A stretch of DNA of 63,454 nt, counting the filler, from Octopus bimaculoides (lineage: Eukaryota), in the NCBI RefSeq assembly GCF_001194135.2. It is 4 parts of 3 records of this genome, joined end to end, with 100 filler letters (N's around TTAATTAATTAA, not from the genome) between each part and the next. Parts side by side here need not be neighbours in the genome. Positions count along the whole stretch, not along the records: positions 1 to 13,346 come from NC_068999.1; 3 more parts are not named here. One strand, 5' to 3'. The translations under genes and the position numbers were made by a program. Each line of letters opens with the position of its first letter. Within the stretch, counting starts at the first letter, position 1. The notes below the pieces were generated by a model. The model had not been told where the DNA came from, did no database searches, and saw only the letters and a list, made by a program, of their open reading frames with translations. Of the stretch, positions 1-11,663 are shown in pieces.

Positions 1-19
1 TATACATCTTTTATCTTTT

Positions 20-190
20 AACTTGTTTCAGTTATCAGACTGCGGCCATGCTAGGCATTTAGTCAGACAAATCGACCCCAGGACTTATTTTTATTTAGTG
101 CCTGGTACTTATTCTATCGGTCCTTTTTGCTGAACCGCTGATTGACGGTGACGTATACAAATCAACACTGGTTGTCAAGCAGTGTTGGTG
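20..190. repeat. SINE-like dispersed repeat, family A (fragment)
   Basis: The block gactgcggccatgct...aatcgaccccaggactta...gtacttattctatcgg...gaaccgct...ggttgtcaagc recurs at about 27140, 35750, 36300 (opposite strand), 47270 and 61860 (opposite strand). Confidence 0.8.
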
Positions 191-194
191 TAGT

Positions 195-1368
195 GTGGGT
201 TTATTGCAGCTCCACACAACCAACAGCAACCACTCTGTCTACTCTTTTACAAATGAAACGATGAAACCATCAAGGCTTCAAGAACACTTGAATAAAATGC
301 ATCCTGATAGAACAAGTTCATCCAGTCAACCAGTCAATCTAATGATGGTTTGCGCGCTTCTTATAACATACCACTTCCCATTGCGAAGTCCGGCAAACCT
401 GACACTAAAAGAACAGCTGTAAAAGAAGTCCTGAAGACGGTGCTACACAAGGCATCAGAGCCAATTATCAAAGGTATTCCTCTGAGTAATAGCTCTGTTC
501 AGAGGAGGATTGATGAAATGGCAGAAGACGTCTAAGACCAACTCTGCACAATTCTGAAGAAAGCAGAATTCAGCTTGCAGTTCCCTCTCCTCCTCGCATA
601 TGTTCGTTTTGTGAAAGAGGAAAGTTTATGCCAAGAACTGCTCTTTGCCAGACTATTGGAAACTAATAGTAAGGGTGAATCCATTTTCAATGTTGTCAAG
701 AGCTTTATTGACAAAAAGGACATCCCACTGAATAATATTGTAGCCTGTGCAACTGATGGTGCACCATCTATGACTGGCTGTCATCGCGGCTTCATGATGT
801 CTTCATGATGCACTCGTGATCCACCGACATTTTGTTGCACGAAACCTCAGAAGTCGTCTTCACGATTTCCTAAACACGGTCATCACTGCCGTGAATAAAT
901 CAAATCTCATACTCTGAACTCTCGCCTGTTTCAACAGCTTTGCTTCGAAAACAACGAAGACTTCCAAAACTAGCTGCTCCACACAGAGGTGAGGTAGTTA
1001 TCACGGGGAAATTGTGTGACATACTTTTATGCTTTGTTTGATTCAGTTCTTTGATACCACCGTCCCAGAACTTAGTGTGAGGCTTAAAAGTATAAAGAAA
1101 GATATTGCATACTTGTCTGATTTATTCACTAAATTCAACGAAGTTAATAAGCAGCTGCAAGGATATGGTGTTAATCTCATCCAAGTTAAGACAAACATCT
1201 CAACATTTCAAGCGAAAATTGTTATGTATAAGCGCAATATTGGACGCAGGGAGTTTTTCTAGTTCCCTTGCTTGTCTAGTTTTGAAAAGGACAGAAAACT
1301 TGCAGGCGAGGATCCGTCAATTTCATGAACTGTTTGCTCTTCGAGTTCCTGACTGGATTGTCAACCCC
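195..1368 (+). pseudogene. Degenerate hAT (Charlie/Buster, SCAND3/ZBED5-like) transposase
   Basis: Frameshifted segments match this family: MKPSRLQEHLNKMHP, IPLSNSSVQRRIDEMAEDV, LLLAYVRFVKEE..QELLF, ACATDGAPSMTG, LLHTEVR*LSRG, IAYLSDLFTKFNEVNKQLQG. It has multiple stops, the first catalytic DES/T motif after FSLQ is deleted, and the 3' end runs into a gap. Confidence 0.88.
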
Positions 1369-2717
1369 NNNNNNNNNNNNNNNNNNNNNNNNNNNNNNNN
1401 NNNNNNNNNNNNNNNNNNNNNNNNNNNNNNNNNNNNNNNNNNNNNNNNNNNNNNNNNNNNNNNNNNNNNNNNNNNNNNNNNNNNNNNNNNNNNNNNNNNN
1501 NNNNNNNNNNNNNNNNNNNNNNNNNNNNNNNNNNNNNNNNNNNNNNNNNNNNNNNNNNNNNNNNNNNNNNNNNNNNNNNNNNNNNNNNNNNNNNNNNNNN
1601 NNNNNNNNNNNNNNNNNNNNNNNNNNNNNNNNNNNNNNNNNNNNNNNNNNNNNNNNNNNNNNNNNNNNNNNNNNNNNNNNNNNNNNNNNNNNNNNNNNNN
1701 NNNNNNNNNNNNNNNNNNNNNNNNNNNNNNNNNNNNNNNNNNNNNNNNNNNNNNNNNNNNNNNNNNNNNNNNNNNNNNNNNNNNNNNNNNNNNNNNNNNN
1801 NNNNNNNNNNNNNNNNNNNNNNNNNNNNNNNNNNNNAGTTGTGGAGTTGTTTGGTGATTGTATGGGGTTGTTACTTTTGGTTAGGGTGAATGCGATCTTT
1901 TGCTGAAAGAAGCATTTGTTATTTTACTTATTCGGCAGAGCACTGTGAACTTGTCAAACGGACTACTAAAAGTTAAGGTTGTTTCAACGACATAACTCAA
2001 AATGAAAGACTTGGAATGAAACATGTCAGCAATTTAGAAGCAGTAAAATTATTGTAGTAAAGTGGCTGAATTGTGATTTTAAAAAAAAACTGATCTAATA
2101 ATGTTGATCAGTTCAGCTTGTTTAATGAAGGAATACCGAACATTGGTCGATTAATTTTATGCAACTGTAAAACCTTATGGAGAATGTATTACAAAGAATC
2201 CGACAATTTTGCCTAGTATGTAATTTGAATGATTAAGATTATTAACCCAAAAATTTTACGCGTTTTAATAGCAATCAATTTTTTTCTCTTTTTTGCTTAA
2301 TTAAAATGGTTGCCAAGAGGATAATGGTTGCCAAGAGGATAACTTGGATAGTGTTAAGTAATGGAGACGTTTGGTGATTGTATGTGGTGGTTACTTTTGA
2401 CTGTTTCTTCTCAATAAGGATAACTGATTGATAACGAATCTTAACACAATATACATACAACTAACCTTAAACTTTTTTGCACTCAAGCATACCTCATGTT
2501 GTCACCTATACGCCAGACTGAACGCTGTTTTATTTCCAAAGTGAATATTGCAAGTGAAATTTAAACAATTAACAGTTCTTTCGCTTTTGTATTTGACGAC
2601 TGTTGCTTTAAGTATTTTATTTCGATTTTCACTGATGTAGTGATAAGAACAACGGGATACGTAACAGTAGCTTCGAATAAAAGGACAAGCAGACATTACA
2701 AAAATAGCGATTCTCAC

Positions 2718-3089
2718 TGTTACACGTTCATATATATGTGTATGGAAGAAAATTTAACCACACTGCTTCATAACCACACCNNNNNNNNNNNNNNNNNNNN
2801 NNNNNNNNNNNNNNNNNNNNNNNNNNNNNNNNNNNNNNNNNNNNNNNNNNNNNNNNNNNNNNNNNNNNNNNNNNNNNNNNNNNNNNNNNNNNNNNNNNNN
2901 NNNNNNNNTGTTAAGCGCATCTACTAAGCAGTATGAACTGTGCCTAAGGCAGATACGCACAGTGTGTATCACTCCGCTATATATATATACTGTTTTGTAA
3001 ACATGCCAAGTAAATAAACAAGTAGAATCATAATAATGCCTTCAGTGAGTTGTTTATTATCCCAACACGAAATCAAAGAATACATAACA
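2718..3089 (+). repeat. 5' LTR (contains N gap 2781-2908)
   Basis: Starts tgttacacgttcata like the 3' LTR. 2909-3089 aligns to the 3' LTR with a few substitutions and indels, and includes AATAAA. Confidence 0.9.
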
Positions 3090-3100
3090 TGGTGGCAGCG
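3090..3100 (+). other. Primer-binding site TGGTGGCAGCG (complementary to a tRNA-Leu 3' end)
   Basis: Immediately follows the 5' LTR. From recall, eukaryotic tRNA-Leu(AAG) ends ...CGCUGCCA-CCA, whose reverse complement is TGGTGGCAGCG. Confidence 0.75.
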
Positions 3101-3214
3101 ATAAATACTTAATCGAAAACCGTGCCTTTACAACAAACCAGGAAAACAACAAACCTGAAATTTATCAAACTGAATATCGCTTCGTCTTCGGACACACACA
3201 CACGAGGATCCGAG

Positions 3215-3990
3215 ATGGCGACCCCCGTCGCCATACAGGTGAATCTACATCCGACCATGAACTGGGACGCGGATGATATCGTGGAAGCGTTCAAGAAATT
3301 CAAACAGAAAACTCAACTGGCTTTCAAAAGCTTCCTGAAAGGTACAACTGCCGATGAAAAGGTAAGCTACACCCTTTTATGGACAGGAGAGAAGGGCCTA
3401 GACCTATTCAATAGTTGGGACATGTCAGAATCGGATTGCAATAATCCAGACACATTTTTACAGAAATTTGAAAGGCACCTAGAGCCCAGATCAAACCATA
3501 GAATTCATAGGTACGAATTCCAGGGCCTGAAACAAGACCCACAAGAAACGATTGACCACTTCCTGTCCAGACTAAAGAATGTTGCCGAGATTCAAAGACA
3601 AGGACGAAAGCATTGTTGATCAACTTATATGGGGGTGTGCTCAAAGAAGTCCAGAAATCCCTCATCGGTAAGGACACTCTCCAGTTGATAGAAGCAGTAG
3701 ACAATGCAAGAGCATTCGAAGCCACTACCAAACAAACGGCCTCACAATAGGCAGCAGTGTAAATATTGTATCTAGACATAGGACGAAACATACCCACAAA
3801 CAGAGAACATGCCAGTACTGTGGTACAGAGCATGAGTTCAATGACCGGAGGAAATGTCCTGCATTCGGTACACACTGCAAAGCATGTGGAAAGCCTAACC
3901 ACTGGGAAAAAATGTGTAGACTAACAAAATCTCACAAATACAAGCCCCAATTTTCAAAGAGGAGCTGTAAGAGAAGACAAAGAGATATAC
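3215..3990 (+). pseudogene. gag: gag remnant with double Cys/His knuckle
   Basis: MATPVAIQVNLHPTMNWDADDIVEAFKKFKQK... followed by frameshifted segments and CQYCGTEH...KCPAFGTHCKACGKPNHWEKMC (about 3810-3918), a Mag-type knuckle pair. Confidence 0.8.
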
Positions 3991-4139
3991 ATGCCCAACA
4001 TCAGGAAGAAAACACTTCAGAAGTGGAATTCTTGGCAGTCGGCACAATAAATGTACATGTGATGGGAAATGACAACCGAAAAAAACATGAGGCATATACA
4101 ACAATACAAATTCAAAAGAAGTCAGGCAAGAAACGAATA

Positions 4140-5770
4140 AACATTGACTTAAAGCTAAAGTTTGATACTGGAGCCCAGAGTGATATCTTACCTGTCAACC
4201 TCTACAAAAAGATATTCCCAGAACACATGATACAAGAGTCAAAGAAGGAATCCTCACACCAAGTACTGTAATCCTCACTGCATACGGAGGTACCATGATT
4301 CCACAACTGGGCAAAGCAACCATTACAGGGACACACAAAGTAAAAATAATCAAGTGTTCTTTTTATGTCACAAGAACAGAAGGACCTGCAATTCTTGGTC
4401 TTGATACCTGTCAAAAGCTTAATATTGTGTCAATCAACGGTGAAGTGAAAGCAGCTCCAAGCAGGATTGACAGAGATGCCTATCAAAAACCTCACAAAAT
4501 CACCAGCCAGACTACAAAGGCCACTGCTGAGGTTCCAAAAATACGACTACAATATCAGGTACAAGCCAGGAAAGGACCTGATATTGGTAGATGTTCTTTC
4601 CAGACTATCCTCACATGATAAACAGGAGATGGAAGGACTAAGTGTAAAGGTCCACCACATTGTAAATATAACAAACACAAAGCTGGAATAAATCAAAGAG
4701 GAGACCAGCAAAGATGAAGAACTCCAGCTCCTTACTCAGATGGTGATTCAGGGGTGGCCAGAGAAGAGGCATCAGGTGCAGCCCCTCATTCGTGAATATT
4801 GGGCCATCCATGATGACATAGCAGTGGAGAATGGAATCCTGATGACTGGATCCCGAATAAGTATGCCCAAATCAATGCAAAAATAAATTCTTGACAAGAT
4901 CCACCAAGGGCATCTGGGAATGGAAAAATATAAACTCCGAGCCAAGTCAGCTGTATATTGGTTAGGTATGTACAAAGGCATAGAGGAGATGGTTTCTACA
5001 TGCCACATCTGTTAAAAGTACAGAAACTCACAACAAAAGGAGGAAATGATATCCAGTGACATTCCAAGAAGGCCATGGCAAACTATTGGAGTAGATCTGT
5101 TCACAGAGAACCAAGAATGGTACTTGATTATGGTCTGCTACTACTCTAAATTCCCATTTGTGAGAAAAGTGAAAGACCTGAGAGCCAAAACAATAACTAC
5201 AGTGGCTCGAGGACTTCTAGCAGAGCAAGGAATACCAGAGCAGATCATATGTGACAATGGAACCCAGTTCACATCTCAGGAATTCAAAAAACTAGCTGAT
5301 GAGTATGGGTTCAACATTATAACCTCATCTCCACACTACCCCAAAGGTCATGGATTCATAGAAAGACAGGTGCAGACAGTCAAGAGAACACTAAGGAAGA
5401 CCCATATCTGGCACTTCTGTCCCTACGAGCAACACCACTGAGAGCTGACATGAAATCCCCAGCAGAAATGCTGAATGGCAGGAAATACAAAACCACCCTG
5501 CAAACTAAAATCCAACCTCCTATTGACCAGGAAGAGATAAGGGCAAAGCTAGAAGCCACTCAAGAGCTAGGACAGAAATATTATAACAAACATGCACAAT
5601 ACTTACCTGAGATACTTGGAGGATATGTGCATGCTCAAGATCCTATAATAAAAACATGGATCCTAGCACAGGCTGTCAGTAGAACCGAAACTCCATGATC
5701 ATACATTATAGCAACTGAATCTGGTAGGCAACTGAGACGTAACAGAGCCCACATCCGCCAAACACCAAAG
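4140..5770 (+). pseudogene. pol: pol remnant: aspartic protease, RNase H tail and integrase; RT absent
   Basis: Protease LKFDTGAQSDILP (Asp codon at 4164) and AILGLDTC. About 30 nt later comes the RNase H C-terminus PARLQRPLLRFQKYDYNIRYKPGK..DVLSR. Integrase: HQGHLG..C..C zinc finger, WQTIGVDLF, DNGTQFTSQEF, SPHYPKGHGFIERQVQTVK. Confidence 0.88.
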
Positions 5771-6185
5771 CTATCGAGGATAACACGCGCAACACCTGCA
5801 GTATCAGTGACAACACCAACAAGAACCACAACACGCACAGCAGACGACGGCACACACAGAATCCGTGCTTCCACAGAATCATCACCCCCAACGGGCACCA
5901 ACCACCCATCAGCAGTCCAACAACACACTTCAGACACCAGTGCAGAGCACAAGATCCACCAGATGGAGACCGACATTTTACCAGCGATTCAATACCGTTA
6001 AAAGAAAAAAAAAGAAAATAACTATTTCTGCTAGATTAGGAAGCAGAAAGCCATGTGTGTGGGCAGAATAATCTCACGGTTTCTGCTGCAGGATTGCCAC
6101 CCTTGCGCTGATAATCCATTAGTGTAAGGGAGATTACTTCTATTTTTTCATTGCCAAAAGATACTTTTTTTTCAAGAAGAAGGGA

Positions 6186-6425
6186 TGTTACACGTTCATA
6201 TCTATGTGTATGCGTAGGTATACGTATATATGAATACATCCCCATTAATAGTACTATTTTGTTAAGCGCATCTACTAAGCAATATGAACTGTGTCTAAGG
6301 CAGTGTGTATCACTCCGCTATATATATACTGTTTGGTAAACATGCCAAGTAAATAAACACGTAGAATCATAATGCCTTCAGTGAGTTGTTTATTATCCCA
6401 ACACGAAACAAAAGAATACATAACA
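6186..6425 (+). repeat. 3' LTR (240 bp) preceded by polypurine tract 6174-6185
   Basis: PPT aagaagaaggga directly precedes TGTTAC; the LTR ends in TAACA followed by the TSD. Confidence 0.92.
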
Positions 6426-6580
6426 CTCACTTTGAAACTGACAATTTGGAAAATCTTTTTAGATTACGGAACGCCCCGCTCTCTCATATATCCATGTTTA
6501 AAATTTCAGCGCGATCGGATGAACAATATTGGAGTTATAACCGCGCAAACAGACAGACAGAACGGGATTTATATATTAGA
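6426..6580 (-). mobile_element. 5' terminus of a non-autonomous Helitron-like element that hosts the LTR insertion (left part about 1838-2717)
   Basis: The minus strand reads A|TCTAATATATAAA, an A|TC Helitron-type start. It is followed by a (CTGT)n microsatellite and a gatcgcgctgaaattt block reminiscent of Lep1/HINE-type elements. The left boundary was not found, possibly lying in the gap. Confidence 0.5.
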
Positions 6581-6817
6581 TGTGTGTAACATGAGTAACA
6601 GAATATTCAAAGGATGTTGAAGGANNNNNNNNNNNNNNNNNNNNNNNNNNNNNNNNAACAGCTCAGAAACAAATGCCGCTCCCAGATACTGCAAGAAGCA
6701 AGAAAAATACAATGTTTCTGTTCAGATATTGAAATTATGTAAAGGCATAATAATAATTGACCTTCAACCGCTTTAAGGTGAAACTATTTGCAGAAATTAT
6801 TTGCATAACCATGTAAA

Positions 6818-6855
<38 letters not shown>

Positions 6856-7589
6856 GGCACACACACACACACACACACAAGTTTCAAATCATTCAGTTCA
6901 GACTTAAATAGATTAATATCTTCACATCTGACAATAAGTACATGAGATTCTTCTCACGACACTTGAATGACACCATGCGATAATGACATTCAATTGCTTG
7001 TTCAGCAATGGCTGGTTCTTACTGTTACATTCTTTTTAACTGCTTTTGAGAAAATGATTTCAAACACTTCATCTTCTCGCCATTTATAAATATATCACTA
7101 CTTCACTCTCAAACTATTATGCATATTTCTTTAAAATAAAGCATCATTAGTCAATGAAAATAAGAGAAAAAGGTATTAAGTATATTTTCTTACAAAGGTG
7201 TGTTTCATTTACTTTTTAAGAATATATTTTTTATCTAACGGGAATACAGACTAATAACTGATTATACAATGTGAATTGAGATCGTGAGAAGTTTCTATAT
7301 AATGATGTCATGGTGAATTAAGAATTTAACTGCTTAATCAAGTTGACATTTTTTGTAGATTATATGATTTTATTTAAAAACCGGTTTCTTTCAGATAGAG
7401 GCATGTATTACCACTGACATTCTATCAGTAAGATATTTTGACTAATGCTAAAAACTGAGTCACTTACATATAAATTCTAGGGAGAATTAATAATGATTTA
7501 AATAACATTTATTTCTGACATTGGAAAAACAAAACTATTGATTTCTACAGATGTGAACAAATGTGTACAGACATCTATTCTTGCATACT

Positions 7590-7750
7590 GTTGGTAAGCT
7601 GTATGTAGTCGGTTGAAATAGCTACTAAATCTCCCCCTTAAACCACACCCTATCTTATATAAGGAAGGACATATGTAGTCCTACCTCTCCTTAAAAAGAC
7701 AAGAAGACCGTAGCTAGAGTGTCTTTGATGAAAGGTTTGCTTCTGGCAGT
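7590..7750. repeat. Dispersed repeat family D (agcagccaaatctccctcaaa...caccctac...aaggaaggacacattggat)
   Basis: Related copies at about 49475-49620, 52800, 55735, 58060-58170 and 58255-58330. Confidence 0.6.
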
Positions 7751-7906
7751 TATTTTATTGACCCTATGGGTTAACACATTTGAATTTATGTCATAAAGTG
7801 TCACTTTATGTCATAAAGTGATGGAAATGAGACTTATGGGCTTGAGGTACATTTTCTAGGGATCTAGTTTGACCATGCCTGAAATTTGAAACCAAATCCA
7901 CCCGCT

Positions 7907-8443
7907 TGTTGCTTATCAAAACGAACGGGAAATCCTCTCCACACTAGATGATTGATGAGTAAACATTCGACGCCCTAGGACTTGTGTTAGTCAAGGAAAG
8001 GTCAGTACTTTGTTTAGGGTTTGACCTGCATTACTGACCATAATCTTCATAACAGAGAACACTTCCTATCTCCTCCCTTTTTGTATCAGCGGACACGCTT
8101 TTCTGTGTCAGCTATGACCAAGCAACACTTCCCTTCGCCCTTAGCTCGACGTACGAACAGAAGCTTTTGACCGCAAGAAAGATGATGCCACCTTTATCCT
8201 TTCTTCCTTTCTGGTCAGCACTGTGCCTTCCTTACTCTTTCACTCTCTACTGACAGACAACCTTTTTCTGCTAACCAACGAGTCAACCTTGTTGTCACTA
8301 TCACTAGAATTGCTGCTGTATCTTTAACAACCTGTCGGGCAAACGAATAAATATATGTAAATGATATTTCTTCTTTCTTGGTCCTGAGTTTTCGATGTTC
8401 ACTAGTTACTCCGAAGCGAGAACTTTTAAGTGTTACATCTACA
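7907..8443 (+). mobile_element. Putative solo LTR (TG...CA, 4-bp TSD CGCT)
   Basis: Begins TGTTG and ends TACA. CGCT at 7903-7906 and 8444-8447. AATAAA at about 8346 is followed by a U5-like tail. An alternative end at 8450 followed by a PBS-like ttTGGTAG cannot be excluded. Confidence 0.45.
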
Positions 8444-10374
8444 CGCTACATTTGGTAGTGGGCTACATCATATCGACGTGATACGGCATCTCACATTCAG
8501 CCCGCTACAATCTTCCCAGAAGATGGAAGGTAAGAAACACCATCCCCCAGTCTACATGATTCCATTTCTATCATTAGACATAACTAAACACCACTCAGCC
8601 ATTCTGCTGTCCCTTCATAATTAAATCCCAGACAATAGGTTTCTCATGTCAGTACCATTATTATTTTTTTTCTCACCACTATGCTCTATTCTCCTCAATA
8701 CTGACTCTCCAAACACTTTCAGTTGAGATGTAATCAACTAAATACATGTTACATGTTATGATTATCAACTTTAGGTAAATGTTATGTTACATGTCATGGT
8801 CATTTATTTTAGGTACATATTCAGTTATGATTATATACTTAAACAAATATATATCAAGTCATAACATTATAACAATTCATATTATCTCTTATTTCATACC
8901 ACATTTGGTGAACATTTGTACAAGTTTCCAATGGGCTAATCAATGGTTCACTATCCCAGCCAGCATGACCATATCAGGCCGATATCAAGTGAACAGCAAG
9001 ATATCGGTAATTTTTTGCCGATATCGGCCCGTCTTTAATATGACATCAAAACGGGGTTATTTTACGTTTTGCATTTCTCATTGTCAATTCCATTTACTAC
9101 TATCATCGTCCATGTAGAAAAAGTTGTATTTGTAGCAGTATTGTTTTTTTTTTTGTTTTGTTTTTTTTTAATAGTACTCCAACATCGGGCGGACGTCAGA
9201 TTGCTGTCGTACTGCTGCTGGACACGCAATATCCTTGTGTTCCAAGTAGGGACAGGAGAAGCAACTCAAAATGCAATCCTTACATTTTCCACATCGAAAG
9301 TAGAGAAATTCAATATCCCTGTCGAAAGTTAGAATTAAAAAACATGTGATTTATCTAGTGTCATAAATAAGACTAAAAACNNNNNNNNNNNNNNNNNNNN
9401 NNNNNNNNNNNNNNNNNNNNNNNNNNNNNNNNNNNNNNNNNNNNNNNNNNNNNNNNNNNNNNNNNNNNNNNNNNNNNNNNNNNNNNNNNNNNNNNNNNNN
9501 NNNNNNNNNNNNNNNNNNNNNNNNNNNNNNNNNNNNNNNNNNNNNNNNNNNNNNNNNNNNNNNNNNNNNNNNNNNNNNNNNNNNNNNNNNNNNNNNNNNN
9601 NNNNNNNNNNATGTTCAACAATTAATTGCGAATCGTGTGTTTCAGTGCAGACTAGTGCGCGTCATTTTCAAAACTTAGATCCAAACTGACATACGTTTAA
9701 TTTAAGGTTTGTTAAAATGGGATGAAAAAAGTTAAAATCTTTTTTTTTTTAAGCATCAACAAAAATTATAACGTTTACATTTAAAGCTAATAATTGAGTG
9801 GTTATCACCATTTGACAGGTTATTCGTTTTTGATGAGTGTAGCCAAAAACAAACAGAAAATAAACCAACATAAACCTACCACAGCTCAAAATATATTTCA
9901 AATTTCTCAATGAAACCCTACAGAAATGGATATCATTAGGAGAGCTACAGATAGCCTGTCTACTGATTTCAAACAGACAGTTCTTTAATAATTAGTATAA
10001 TTCGTGAATCCCTTTTAGATGTTCGTTTATTTTTTTATGTCTTGGGGTTTATCAACATACCTGACAGCTAGGATGGTCCCATGTTTGCTGAATTTATTAT
10101 TTGCATTGGAAATGGGGCTGAATATCAGTTCCCAAGGACACCCATGTAAAACTCTGTGCCCCCACTCACCATCCACCTTTCACTTTACATGAAAGTGCAG
10201 GTAGGCTGTCAGACACATCCATAGATAACAATACAAGTTTGTGGCTTATAAAACATTTGTATGAGTTCTAATGTGTTCTAAGGTTATGTATTGACAAACA
10301 AATACCCATGTTATTCACTATGTGAAAGAAAATACATTTAATTCCCTGTTTATTTTTCATTTCATTTTGTATAG

Positions 10375-10507
10375 GGCACCAATTTTCTCAGATGATGAGG
10401 ATGATGATGATGATTCTGAGTATCAAAGACGGACGCTTCAAAAGCCTCCTCTTGTCGNNNNNNNNNNCCTCCCAACCTGTCAGGAAAATCTGAACAGTTG
10501 TTGCATG
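10375..10507 (+). pseudogene. Exon-like segment (acidic, APIFSDDEDDDDDSEYQRR)
   Basis: Polypyrimidine tract plus TAG acceptor, open frame, ATG|GTAAGT donor; interrupted by a 10-N gap. Confidence 0.45.
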
Positions 10508-11391
10508 GTAAGTCAATATTATATCATCGGTATGTGGAAAGTAGTTTCAAATTTATTTATAAACAGAAAAATAAAACATTTTGTGCTCAAAAGCTCTGGT
10601 GTATCATTCCATGGAGAGCCATGTTTGAAATGCATGCTTTCACCTGATACATAATTTCAGTGCTTAAGAAATAACTGGCAGGTAAATGAGGGTAGAATCA
10701 AAAGAAAAAAACACATGTTCAAGAATTTTATCAATTTAACCTATCTTGTTTCAAAAGGATTATTTAAAAACAATAAATTGTATAACTCCTCCTAACTGGT
10801 CTTATGATATCCTCACACAAATATCAACATATTTGTGTGAGGATATCATAAGTTTTAGCTTCAGATAACCACAGCGTCTCCATGTCGGACGTTTTCTCTT
10901 TTGGGTGAAGAGGTACAAAAACTTTGCTTGTATTAGCATGAGGAATACTGTAATATTAACTTTGGTGTATTTTCAAGAGGCCCTCGGAGCACTGAAACAA
11001 TGTCACTTCCTTGTTAAATAGGTATCATAATTCCTATTTCTGGAATCTAAAACCCTTACCTCTAATCAAGACAAACTAGAAAAGGTAAATAAATATTTGT
11101 GTTATACTAGACCTTATATAATGCCACAGTTGTTGATTGTTGGTTTAGCGATCTTTCTGATTCCAGAAAGCAAATNNNNNNNNNNTGTGTTATACTAGAC
11201 CTTATATAATGCCACAGTTGTTGATTGTTGGTTTAGCGATCTTTCTGATTCCAGAAAGCAAATGTGAAATGAGATTATTATTGATTGTGTATTATTTTCA
11301 GTATATCTGTAAACAACTAATGTCATGAGGTATACTGAGCAAGTATTTCGTAACTCTACTCTACCTTTTCTTTTTCTGTTTTCTATTTCAG

Positions 11392-11663
11392 TTCCGGATC
11401 GGCGGCTATTCACTGCAATTGAAAATATTCAAGAGGAACANNNNNNNNNNCTATTCACTGCAATTGAAAATATTCAAGAGGAACAGTCCCAGCAAAGGGA
11501 AATGTTGCAGTCTATACTGCAGCTAATTCAAAATATTCCATCCTCATCCCCCATTTCGGAGACAAGAAATCTCCTCGACACAATTCCTTTCCCTTGTGAG
11601 AGTCAAGAGGATGTTGAGGCTTTGGAAGCTGAGTTAAGTGATGGTGTGGTTCAAAATAACATG
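11392..11663 (+). pseudogene. Exon-like segment resembling the coiled-coil/PxxS..V..LE..L region that precedes DUF4806 in transposon-associated proteins
   Basis: Strong acceptor ttttctatttcag, then LFTAIENIQEEQSQQREMLQSILQ...IPFPCESQEDVEALEAELSD. The donor is degenerate (atgttaagt). The family call is from recall only. Confidence 0.45.

Larger units (their letters stand above)
2718..6425 (+). mobile_element. Gypsy/Ty3 (Mag-like) LTR retrotransposon, internally deleted (no RT), 5-bp TSD CTCAC
   Basis: Two LTRs with TGTTA...TAACA ends (2718-3089, 6186-6425). CTCAC at 2713-2717 and 6426-6430. PBS, PPT, and gag, protease and integrase remnants are present. Confidence 0.93.

Noticed and set aside
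7395-7593. Two plus-strand segments with good splice sites (7395-7427 and 7551-7593)
   Set aside because: The only open frame of the first leads to an immediate stop in the second; no product recognised.
11096-11485. Exact direct duplications either side of 10-N gaps (11096-11176/11186-11263 and 11410-11440/11451-11483); similar around the (GA)n tract at 26370-26550
   Set aside because: Contig-overlap artefacts at small gaps.
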